From positions 1,950,001-1,982,000 of the forward strand of contig CP060262.1 in NCBI GenBank assembly GCA_022646745.1: 32,000 bases of DNA, read 5' to 3'. The notes under the pieces are model-generated. The model was given only the letters and a program-made list of their open reading frames with translations. It had not been told where the DNA came from and made no database searches. This DNA is from Planctomycetales bacterium (GTDB taxonomy: Bacteria; 4484-113; JAFGCY01). Below, in pieces: positions 1-7,207 of the stretch (its first letter is position 1; each line of letters begins with the position of its first letter). Both the position numbers and the translations under genes were made by a program.

Positions 1-1347
1 GTCAGCGAGCGCGAGGCCTGGGAGGAACTACGGGTCGGCGAGGCGCTCTGCTACCGCAGCGCCAAGGACCGTCCGGCGATGCAGGCACTGATGCTGGATG
101 CCAACCTGCGCGGGATGTCCGACCGCGCGCTGAGCGAGATCTACTTCGAGAACGGCATGCTGCTGAAGGGCAGCGGTGAGTGGAACGGCGCGCTGGACCA
201 GCTGCGCAGCAGTGCGACCTTGAACGGGCCGCGCAGCGGCGAGGCCTGGTTCCAGTGCTACCTCGTGCTGAAGCGCGTACAGGACCCGCTCAATGTTGAC
301 AGCGCAATCGGCTACCTGCAGCATGTGATGGATGGCGATGCCGCGAGCGATGCCTTCCCGCGGGCCTTCGAGGAACTGGTGCCGCTGCTGATCCACAACA
401 GCAGCCGCACTGCGGCCCGCCAGCTCTGCGAACGCGTGCTGGGAGTGGCAACAGGCGGAACGATGGAAGGCGAGCGCGGCACGGAACTGGCAACGGTGGC
501 CCGTTTCTGGCTGGGCTGGATCGCCCAGCAGGAGGGTGACTCCGCGCTGGCGAAGCGCTACCGCAGTGAGATCAGCATCACGCACTGGAACTACTACGAG
601 ATCACGGCACACCAGGGCATCGAGCCGCACATGGCGAGTGTGCCTGGGATAGTCGACCAGCCGGAGAGTGCCGCCGAGTACTTCGCCGGGATGGGGCTGA
701 CGACGAATGCCGCCGAGGTCTATGACACGGACGGCCCGGCCGACAGCCAGCTGCTGGCATTCTTCCGGATTGACAACGCCGTGCCCGTGATGGACCTGCC
801 GAGCGTGCAGTGGCGCGCCACGGAGGTACTCGAGAGCGGGGCCGTCAATGAGGCGGCGCTCCTGGAGTACGTGCTGGCCAAGTCCTACCCGCGGCCGTTT
901 GACGATGTCGTCAACCCGGCGGCGCGGGAATTCAACGTTGACCCGGCGCTGATCTACGCCGTGATCAAGAAGGAAAGCAACTTCAAGCCAGCGGACGTGT
1001 CCTGGGCCGGGGCCGAGGGCCTGATGCAGCTGATGCCGGAGTCGGCGAAGTGGCTCAACGAGCGCTACTCGCTCGGGGTGGACCTCACGAAGCTGCGCGA
1101 CCCGAAGCAGAATGTGCGGCTCGGCGCTGCCAACCTGCGCAGCCTGTACGACCAGCTCGGGCAGGACAACATCCGCGGCGTGATCATCGCACACAACAAG
1201 GGCGCCGGCAACTACCAGAAGTGGACCGGGCGCTACGGCTCAAACCCGGTGCTGATCAGCGAACTGGTGCCGAACGAGGAGAACGAGGGCTTCATCAAGC
1301 GAGTGCTGCGCTACTACCTGATCTACAAGTGGCTTGAGGAGAGGTAG
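1..1347 (+). CDS. Lytic murein transglycosylase (SLT domain), 5' end probably outside the window
   Basis: Frame 1 is open from base 1, with no stop before the ATG at 79. The C-terminal part carries the SLT signature AVIKKESNFKPADVSWAGAEGLMQLMPESAKWL (ES catalytic motif and GLMQ). The stop TAG is at 1345-1347. Confidence 0.85.
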   Translation, partial: VSEREAWEELRVGEALCYRSAKDRPAMQALMLDANLRGMSDRALSEIYFENGMLLKGSGEWNGALDQLRSSATLNGPRSGEAWFQCYLVLKRVQDPLNVDSAIGYLQHVMDGDAASDAFPRAFEELVPLLIHNSSRTAARQLCERVLGVATGGTMEGERGTELATVARFWLGWIAQQEGDSALAKRYRSEISITHWNYYEITAHQGIEPHMASVPGIVDQPESAAEYFAGMGLTTNAAEVYDTDGPADSQLLAFFRIDNAVPVMDLPSVQWRATEVLESGAVNEAALLEYVLAKSYPRPFDDVVNPAAREFNVDPALIYAVIKKESNFKPADVSWAGAEGLMQLMPESAKWLNERYSLGVDLTKLRDPKQNVRLGAANLRSLYDQLGQDNIRGVIIAHNKGAGNYQKWTGRYGSNPVLISELVPNEENEGFIKRVLRYYLIYKWLEER

Positions 1348-1351
1348 GGAG

Positions 1352-1370
1352 GTCAGGCCCATGGCCTGAC
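1352..1370 (+). terminator. Terminator-like perfect hairpin after the transglycosylase gene (no U-tract)
   Basis: GTCAGGCC-CAT-GGCCTGAC lies 5 nt after the stop codon. It has no T-run, so intrinsic termination is uncertain. Confidence 0.3.
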
Positions 1371-1371
1371 A

Positions 1372-1414
1372 AGGGTGCAGGTTGCAGGGGGCTGCTTGCA
1401 GGGTGCAGGTTGCC
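1372..1414. repeat. Two direct copies of AGGGTGCAGGTTGC
   Basis: The copies are agggtgcaggttgca (1372-1386) and agggtgcaggttgcc (1400-1414). A related ttgcaggttgc occurs again at about 29744-29754. Confidence 0.5.
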
Positions 1415-1477
1415 AATTCTTCTATGTCAAATGAATCCCTGGTTCTGTCTCCAAACTGGTGTTGATACAATTTATCA

Positions 1478-2089
1478 ATGAAGGGTAGATTCCAACCTTG
1501 GTTGAAGGTCGCTGGGTGCATTTCCGTTCTGCTCGTTTCAGGAGCAATAGCGATGTCAATCAGTGGGTGCAGGAATGACAAGGACCCACTTGCAGCGTTA
1601 GCTCCCTTTCCGAAGATCGACATGAGCAATTGGCCTGTTGCGTTGCCACCTCCCCAGGATTCGCTCTCCGGTTCACTGTCCGTTGATCCATCAGCTACCT
1701 TTGTCGAGCGAAGGAGTGGACTTTCCGCTGGAGAGGTCTGGGCTTATGCCTTTCATCACAGGATCAGCTTCATTGACCACCACTTCTATTACCAGTCACG
1801 GATGCGAGACGCAGGATTCAGGGTGGTCAAGGGGCGGAACCAGCTCGAAATTGCTGCTCTTGAATCCATAGATGTACGCTGGGCCGAGCAGTATGTCAGT
1901 AGTTCCGGAGATGTACTGGTTACGTTATGCACTTTGCATGACCCTGAACATCACGGTTCTCGATACGAGGTCTACATCGAGAAGCGCAATGACATTCCCG
2001 CGGAAATGTATGATCAGGCAGGAATCATTGCGGAGGACAGTACTTTGCGTAAGCAGTTCAATAAAATGCTTACGAAGGACAGGTTCTGA
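1478..2089 (+). CDS. Hypothetical lipoprotein
   Basis: The N-terminus MKGRFQPWLKVAGCISVLLVSGAIAMSISGC has a signal peptide plus lipobox ISGC. The gene sits in a visibly lower-GC stretch (about 1350-2320). I recognise no domain. Confidence 0.6.
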   Translation: MKGRFQPWLKVAGCISVLLVSGAIAMSISGCRNDKDPLAALAPFPKIDMSNWPVALPPPQDSLSGSLSVDPSATFVERRSGLSAGEVWAYAFHHRISFIDHHFYYQSRMRDAGFRVVKGRNQLEIAALESIDVRWAEQYVSSSGDVLVTLCTLHDPEHHGSRYEVYIEKRNDIPAEMYDQAGIIAEDSTLRKQFNKMLTKDRF

Positions 2090-2324
2090 TTCATTGGTTG
2101 TAAATCGCTTCTTTGCTTACCCTTTTTGGGAGTCTTGTGATCCACGGCTCTAAGCGGTGAAATCGCGGCTTCGCCCGCCTGTTTCACACACTTTCCACAC
2201 ATTGAGGCCGCATTCTCAATGCGGCTCTGCAAATGTGAAACGCTTTTCCTGCGATACCGCAACATTTGGCAAACAACAGGCGTCAACACTTGCGGAGTGG
2301 GAATCCAGCAAAGTGGGGAAGTTC

Positions 2325-3269
2325 ATGCGAGCGCTTACAGGCATCACGATCTGCGCCGCCACGGTCCTCCTGATGGCAACGGGGGGCTGCGCGAAGCAGA
2401 GGATCACATGGGACTTGAACGGCAGGCTTATGAGCCTGAAGCTCAACAGCCCGTTTCCGCTTGAACTGAAGCGGATCGAGCCGGGCACATTCACGATGGG
2501 CAGTACACCGGAGGCCGGTGCCCGCTTCAGCATCCCGGAGGATGAGAAGCCGAGCCATGAGGTGCGGATTGACAGGCCGTACTTCATTGCCGTGCACGAG
2601 ACTACGAATGAACACTTCCGCCGCTTCGACCCGAAGCATGACAGTACGGCCGCACTGGCAAGCCTGCCGGAGGCGATGGCGGCCGATGCCGGGCTGGAGG
2701 ACCTGAATGCGGACCGCAACCCGGTGGTCGGGGTCAGCCTGGCGGAGGCCGAGGCCTACTGCAAGTGGCTCAGCGAGGAATGCGGCCTGACAGTGCGCCT
2801 GCCAACCGAGGCCGAGTGGGAATTCGCCTGCCGTGGCGGCTCGGACAGCGCCTACTGCTGGGGTGATGCGCGCGCGGAAAGCACGAAGTTCGCCAACCTG
2901 GCTGAGGCCGGCACCGCCGAGAAGCTTGGCGGGGTGGAGGACCCGGCCCCGCGGGATGACGGCAAGCGCCTGACGGCGCGCGTTGCCAGCTTCCAGGCGA
3001 ATGCCAACGGCCTGTATGACATGCATGGCAACGTGGCGGAGTGGTGCGAGGACGTCTACAGCGCGAACTACAACAATGCCGCCCCAGACGGCAGTGCCAA
3101 CCAGACCGGCTCTGACAACGAGCTGCATGTGGTGCGCGGCGGCAGCTGGGCCAGCGGGATGGACCATGCGCGGAGCGCGGCGCGCGATGCCCTGCCGGCC
3201 AGCACGGAGGATGCGATGACGGGCTTCCGCATCGTGGTGGAGATGCCTGATTCGGTGGAAGAAGAGTAG
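2325..3269 (+). CDS. Formylglycine-generating-enzyme (FGE-sulfatase/SUMF1) domain lipoprotein
   Basis: The ATG at 2325 is preceded by GGGGAA. The N-terminus MRALTGITICAATVLLMATGGC is a signal plus lipobox. FGE-family motifs are present: GTFTMGS, NPVVGVSLAEAEAYCKWLS, RLPTEAEWEFACRGG, YDMHGNVAEWCED and VVRGGSWAS. The ORF-track start at 2157 adds 56 non-homologous residues. Confidence 0.85.
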   Translation: MRALTGITICAATVLLMATGGCAKQRITWDLNGRLMSLKLNSPFPLELKRIEPGTFTMGSTPEAGARFSIPEDEKPSHEVRIDRPYFIAVHETTNEHFRRFDPKHDSTAALASLPEAMAADAGLEDLNADRNPVVGVSLAEAEAYCKWLSEECGLTVRLPTEAEWEFACRGGSDSAYCWGDARAESTKFANLAEAGTAEKLGGVEDPAPRDDGKRLTARVASFQANANGLYDMHGNVAEWCEDVYSANYNNAAPDGSANQTGSDNELHVVRGGSWASGMDHARSAARDALPASTEDAMTGFRIVVEMPDSVEEE

Positions 3270-3290
3270 GCAGTGGTCAGTAGTCAGTAG

Positions 3291-3310
3291 CAGCGGCGCC
3301 CCCGCCGCTG
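3291..3310. repeat. GC-rich perfect hairpin (REP-like or terminator-like), copy 1
   Basis: CAGCGGCG-CCCC-CGCCGCTG lies 22 nt after the FGE-domain gene stop. Its stem is related to the hairpin at 3378-3398. Confidence 0.6.
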
Positions 3311-3313
3311 TAA

Positions 3314-3376
3314 GCAGAGAGCAGAGAGCAGATAGCAGAGAGCAGAGAGCAGAAAGCAAAAGGCAGAAGGCAGAAG
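3314..3376. repeat. Tandem heptamer array GCAGARA, about 9 units
   Basis: The units read gcagaga gcagaga gcagata gcagaga gcagaga gcagaaa gcaaaag gcagaag gcagaag. Two more partial units follow at 3401-3413. Confidence 0.9.
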
Positions 3377-3377
3377 T

Positions 3378-3398
3378 AGCGGCGGCGCCGTCGCCGCT
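3378..3398. repeat. GC-rich hairpin, copy 2
   Basis: AGCGGCG-GCGCCGT-CGCCGCT has the same stem core as 3291-3310. The two hairpins bracket the heptamer array. Confidence 0.6.
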
Positions 3399-3432
3399 GA
3401 AGCAGAGAGCAGCTTTAGTAACCGTCGATGTA

Positions 3433-3475
3433 GGATGCGGTAATACCGCATCCCGGCGGCAGTGTTACTGCCGCC
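3433..3475. repeat. Two adjacent perfect palindromic hairpins (REP-like pair)
   Basis: The hairpins are GGATGCGGTA-A-TACCGCATCC (3433-3453) and GGCGGCAGT-GTT-ACTGCCGCC (3455-3475), separated by 1 nt. Confidence 0.7.
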
Positions 3476-3521
3476 CTACTCACGCTATTGATAATCCTGT
3501 TCTGATGTCGCCAACTCAATT

Positions 3522-3550
3522 TTCAACGCTAAGGCGGCGAAGGAAAGAAG
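3522..3550 (+). repeat. Short variant of the cassette repeat (copy 1)
   Basis: ttcaacgctaaggcggcgaaggaaagaag equals the reverse complement of the 4123-4160 copy with a 7-nt internal deletion. Confidence 0.7.
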
Positions 3551-3627
3551 CAGTAAGCGGAGACTAAGCGACTGCTTAGATGGCTCGCATGCGCTCGACT
3601 GTCATAGAGGCTCCGTTGACGAGTTTC

Positions 3628-3665
3628 TTCAACGCTAAGGCGCGAAGACGAGAAGGAAAGAAGAA
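3628..3665 (+). repeat. Left inverted repeat flanking the GxxExxY gene (copy 2)
   Basis: ttcaacgctaaggcgcgaagacgagaaggaaagaagaa. Its 35-nt core matches the reverse complement of 4123-4160 with 1 mismatch. Confidence 0.85.
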
Positions 3666-3676
3666 TTGTCAATCAA

Positions 3677-4093
3677 TCACGGAGTGTTGCCAGGCAGTGG
3701 CTTGTAGTTATTGACGATTCTGAACAGTCCTTCCCGCAGGAAGGGAACATTGAAATTGATCAACAGGCCTCTGCGTAATCCTGAAAGACGCAGGTAAGAC
3801 AGGAGCTGCGCCTTGTGGACCTGTTCCACCTTCACAACGGATTTGAACTCAAGTAATAGTTCGCCTTCAACCACCATGTCGATCCGGTAACTGATCGGCA
3901 ATCTCTCGCCCCTGTATTCAACTGGCAACAGAGTTTCCACCTCACAACTGATCCCAAGAAAAGCCAACTCCCGGACCATACAGTATTGATAGATGTTTTC
4001 CAGCAATCCTGGTCCGATTCGCTTGTGAACCTCAAGAGCAGCACCAATCACTTTGTTGCTCAGTAAGTCATCTTTAACTTCCTGATTAGTCAT
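3677..4093 (-). CDS. GxxExxY protein (PD-(D/E)XK nuclease-like, PDDEXK_3 family)
   Basis: The family-defining motif GLLENIY sits within IGPGLLENIYQ. Overall the protein resembles the roughly 125-140 aa GxxExxY family (…VEYRGERL…D…VEGELLLEFKS…). GC content is lower than in the neighbours. I see no obvious SD sequence. Confidence 0.85.
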   Translation of the reverse strand: MTNQEVKDDLLSNKVIGAALEVHKRIGPGLLENIYQYCMVRELAFLGISCEVETLLPVEYRGERLPISYRIDMVVEGELLLEFKSVVKVEQVHKAQLLSYLRLSGLRRGLLINFNVPFLREGLFRIVNNYKPLPGNTP

Positions 4094-4122
4094 AACATAA
4101 GTGTAGTATATATCAAAATGAT

Positions 4123-4160
4123 TTCTTCTTCTTTCCTTCGCGTCTTCGCGCCTTAGCGTT
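4123..4160 (-). repeat. Right inverted repeat flanking the GxxExxY gene (copy 3)
   Basis: ttcttcttctttccttcgcgtcttcgcgccttagcgtt. Its reverse complement is aacgctaaggcgcgaagacgcgaaggaaagaagaagaa. Confidence 0.85.
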
Positions 4161-4275
4161 TAGTTTTCCATTACCAGACCTTCTTACCGGCTTGCGCCGG
4201 GCCTCCGGCAGGCCGCATCAGGCCGCATTAGATCAATATCTACTTACAAGGGATATAATCTCGGCGCGAGGATCC

Positions 4276-7206
4276 ATGGCCGAGAAGCTCAAAGACACCA
4301 CCGTCCCAAACCCACCGACGGCAGACCTGCTCGCTACCGTCGGGCTCAAGCCTGAGGAGTATGCGGAGGCCTGCCGCAAGCTCGGCCGCCTGCCAAACAT
4401 CGTGGAGATGGGCATCATCGGCGCGATGTGGAGCGAGCACTGCTGCTACAAGTCCAGCAAGATCCACCTGAAGACCTTCCCCGTCACCGGCAAGCGCGTG
4501 CTGCAGGGGCCGGGAGAGCAGGCCGGTGTGCTGGACCTCGGCAATGACTACGCCCTCGTATTCAAGATCGAATCACATAACCACCCGAGCGCGGTCGAGC
4601 CCTTCCAGGGTGCCGCGACGGGAGTGGGCGGCATCATCCGCGACATCTTCGCGATGGGGGCCCGTCCGCTGGCGCTCTTGGACAGCCTGCGCTTCGGCAA
4701 CACCTACCCGGTGGAAGCGGTCGGCAACCCCGAGGCGGACAAGGCCGTTGATGAGCAGCCGCAGGAAGCGGCGGACGGCAGCGGCGACAAGCTGAACATC
4801 CCCTGGGGCGACAGCCCCGTGCCCTTCGTGTGCACCGTCTCCTGGATGACCACGATGCGCCAGCAGCTCTTCGAGCGTGGCCCCGAGGCGCGCGCGGCCG
4901 TCAAGGCCATCCGCGAGATGCACACGGGCGATGTGCACGTGCTGGCCTACTGCGTGCTGCCGGACCAGATCCAGCTTGCGCTGTACCTGGAGAACGGGCG
5001 CGAGGAGGAGGCCGAGGCCGCCGTCGCCGCACTGAAGGAGAAGCTCGCCGAGGTGGTGGCCCCGCAGACCCAGGGCAAGCCGCCCTGGGACAGCTTCGTG
5101 ATGCTGCACCCGCGCCACAGCGGCAGCGAGCTGATGGAGGCGATCCACCTGCTGGAGTTCGCCCCGGTCACGCGCCAGAAGGTGGCGCAGGTCAGCGACT
5201 ACAAGTACGTCAGCCAGGTCTGGCGCTACGGCGTGCCCTGGCTGGATGACGAGACTGACAACACTGAGGCCCGCGAGCTGCCCTACTGTGCCGGTGTGAA
5301 CGATAAGCAGGCTGCGCGCAGCCGCTACCTTGTCAACGGGGTGGTGGAGGGCATCGCGCACTATGGCAACTGCATCGGGATCCCGACCATCGGCGGCGAG
5401 CTGGTGTTCGACCCGAGCTACACCAGCAACTGCCTTGTCAACGCGATGTGCGTCGGCGTTGTCCGCAAGGACCGCATCCACAAGGCGCGCGCGGACGGGC
5501 CGGGCAATGTGGCAATGATCGTCGGTGCGCGCACCGGCCGAGACGGTGTGCAGGGCGCGACCTTCTCCAGCGTGGAGCTGGCGGAGGACGTGGCCGAGAG
5601 CCGCCCCGCCGTGCAGGTGGGCGACCCCTTCATGGAAAAGCTGCTGCTGGAGGCCACGCTCGAGATCCTCGACATGCCGGGGCTCGTCGGCATCCAGGAC
5701 TTCGGCGCCGCCGGCCTGACCTGCTCGTCAGTGGAGATGACCGCCAAGAGCGGCACAGGCATGCGGCTTGACCTGGACGCTGTGCCGCAGCGAGCGAAGG
5801 ACCTGAGCGCCTACGAGATGATGCTCTCCGAAAGCCAGGAGCGCATGATGATCATCGTGGAGAAGGGCAGTGAGGACAGCTTCCGCGAGGTGTTCTCCCG
5901 CTGGGGCCTGACCGCGGTGGACTGCGGCGAGATCATCGGTGAGCAGCGCATCGAGGTGCTGCATGACGGGGCAGTCGTTGCCAACCTGCCGAACCGCCCG
6001 CTGGCGGATGAGGGCCCGGAGTATGACCGCCCGCATGAGGCACCGGCCAGCTGGAAGAACCGCCACCTGCTGGATGACCGCGACATCGCCGCCGCACTTG
6101 AAAGGATAAACAAGCTGCCCGTTGCCACAGAACTGGCCGGGCACAGCCTGCCCGCGCCGGGCAGCGACTTCGAGGACATCCTGCGCCGCCTGCTGATGCA
6201 CCCGAGCGTGGCCGACAAGTGGCCGGTGTACCAGCGCTACGACTGGAGCGTGCGCACCAACACGCTGCTCGGCCCGCAGGGCAGCGACGCGGCCGTGATC
6301 CGCATCAAGGAGACCGGCCAGGGCGTCGCGATGTGCACCGATGGCAACGGCCGCGCGGTCTCGCTGGACCCGCGCATCGGTGCCGCGCAGTGCGTGCTGG
6401 AGGCGGCGCGCAACATCGTGGCCAGTGGCGCGGAGCCGCTCGGGATCACGAACAACCTGAATTTCGGCAACCCGGAGAAGCCGGACCGGATGTGGCAGTT
6501 CGTGGAGAGCATCGGCGGCATCGGCGATGCTCTGCGCAAGCTGGACCTGCCGGTGACCGGTGGCAACGTCAGCCTCTACAACGAAAGCGGCGGCCGCGGC
6601 ATCCTGCCGACGCCGGTGATCGGGATGGTCGGGCTGCTGGAGAAGGCCGAGCAGGCGATCCCCAGCCGCTGCACCGACAGCGGGCTTGAGCTGTTCGTGC
6701 TCGGTACACACCATGCGCGCCTCGATGCCAGCCTGCTGATGTATGACATCGCGCGGCTGCGCAGCGGCATGCTGGAGGAGCCGGACTACAAGCAGTTCAT
6801 CTCCTGCATGAACTTCATCCTGCACGCCGCCGGCGAGGGTGCGATCCGCGCCTGCCATGACGTGTCGGACGGCGGGCTGCTGGTGGCGCTCGTCGAGATG
6901 CTGGCCGGGGCGCAGGTGGATGTCGCCCCGCTGCTTGCCGAAGGGTATGATATGGGGGACCATAACCGGCTGGCCACGCTGTTCGCCGAGGATGGCAACC
7001 GCTGGCTGCTGGCGGTCGGACCGGAAAGGAAGAGCTGGATCCGCACGGCTGCGCTGCACTACCAGGTGCCGCTCACGCCGCTGGGACGCTCGGTGGATGG
7101 AAGGCTCACCGTCAGCGGTGGTGACGAGGAATGGTTTGGCTGCGACTGGGACGTACTGGAGACATGTCGCCGGTACGGTCTGCAGGCGGCACTGTCAGGT
7201 GACTGA
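4276..7206 (+). CDS. purL: Phosphoribosylformylglycinamidine synthase subunit PurL (FGAM synthase II) with a large internal insertion
   Basis: The ATG at 4276 is preceded by GAGGA. PurL motifs are present: MWSEHCCYKSSK, ESHNHPS, GVGGIIRDIF, SLRFG, YGNCIGIPTIGGE, GARTGRDGV, VQVGDPFMEK, QDFGAAGL and MLSESQERM. The protein is 976 aa, against roughly 740 aa for typical small PurL. The excess lies at nt 4699-5316. Confidence 0.9.
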   Translation: MAEKLKDTTVPNPPTADLLATVGLKPEEYAEACRKLGRLPNIVEMGIIGAMWSEHCCYKSSKIHLKTFPVTGKRVLQGPGEQAGVLDLGNDYALVFKIESHNHPSAVEPFQGAATGVGGIIRDIFAMGARPLALLDSLRFGNTYPVEAVGNPEADKAVDEQPQEAADGSGDKLNIPWGDSPVPFVCTVSWMTTMRQQLFERGPEARAAVKAIREMHTGDVHVLAYCVLPDQIQLALYLENGREEEAEAAVAALKEKLAEVVAPQTQGKPPWDSFVMLHPRHSGSELMEAIHLLEFAPVTRQKVAQVSDYKYVSQVWRYGVPWLDDETDNTEARELPYCAGVNDKQAARSRYLVNGVVEGIAHYGNCIGIPTIGGELVFDPSYTSNCLVNAMCVGVVRKDRIHKARADGPGNVAMIVGARTGRDGVQGATFSSVELAEDVAESRPAVQVGDPFMEKLLLEATLEILDMPGLVGIQDFGAAGLTCSSVEMTAKSGTGMRLDLDAVPQRAKDLSAYEMMLSESQERMMIIVEKGSEDSFREVFSRWGLTAVDCGEIIGEQRIEVLHDGAVVANLPNRPLADEGPEYDRPHEAPASWKNRHLLDDRDIAAALERINKLPVATELAGHSLPAPGSDFEDILRRLLMHPSVADKWPVYQRYDWSVRTNTLLGPQGSDAAVIRIKETGQGVAMCTDGNGRAVSLDPRIGAAQCVLEAARNIVASGAEPLGITNNLNFGNPEKPDRMWQFVESIGGIGDALRKLDLPVTGGNVSLYNESGGRGILPTPVIGMVGLLEKAEQAIPSRCTDSGLELFVLGTHHARLDASLLMYDIARLRSGMLEEPDYKQFISCMNFILHAAGEGAIRACHDVSDGGLLVALVEMLAGAQVDVAPLLAEGYDMGDHNRLATLFAEDGNRWLLAVGPERKSWIRTAALHYQVPLTPLGRSVDGRLTVSGGDEEWFGCDWDVLETCRRYGLQAALSGD

Positions 7207-7207
7207 T

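Noticed and set aside
28-1194. 388-aa minus-strand ORF antisense to the transglycosylase gene
   Set aside because: It is Arg/Ala/Gly/His-rich low-complexity translation typical of GC-rich shadow frames. The plus strand carries a clear SLT domain.
2283-3359. 358-aa minus-strand ORF antisense to the FGE-domain gene, extending into the heptamer repeat
   Set aside because: It is a shadow ORF. Its N-terminus (MLSALCSLLSALCSLL) is only the translated GCAGAGA repeat, and the plus strand has strong FGE motifs.
3314-3413. The heptamer array considered as a CRISPR array
   Set aside because: The repeat unit is 7 nt with no spacers, and there are no cas genes in the window. It is a microsatellite-like tandem repeat.
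4192-4275. N-terminal extension of the purL ORF (ORF-track start at 4192, a TTG)
   Set aside because: The extension has no PurL homology. ATG 4276 has a GAGGA SD, and the protein then begins about where PurL N-termini normally begin.
4699-5316. An intein as the explanation for the PurL insertion
   Set aside because: The segment starts with Thr after FGN rather than the Cys/Ser usual for inteins. It has no C-terminal His-Asn followed by Cys/Ser/Thr, and I could not see intein block A/B/F/G or Hint motifs. The sequence instead follows a Y1/HUH transposase pattern.
5728-7059. 443-aa minus-strand ORF, plus many 60-300-aa ORFs overlapping purL (e.g. 4573-5481)
   Set aside because: They lie antisense or out of frame relative to a motif-rich PurL reading frame and have the composition typical of shadow ORFs.
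6839-7207. Upstream extension of the purF ORF, overlapping the purL 3' end in another frame
   Set aside because: The Ntn amidotransferase needs its catalytic Cys near the N-terminus. ATG 7208 lies 1 nt after the purL stop. The extension is a shadow-frame translation.
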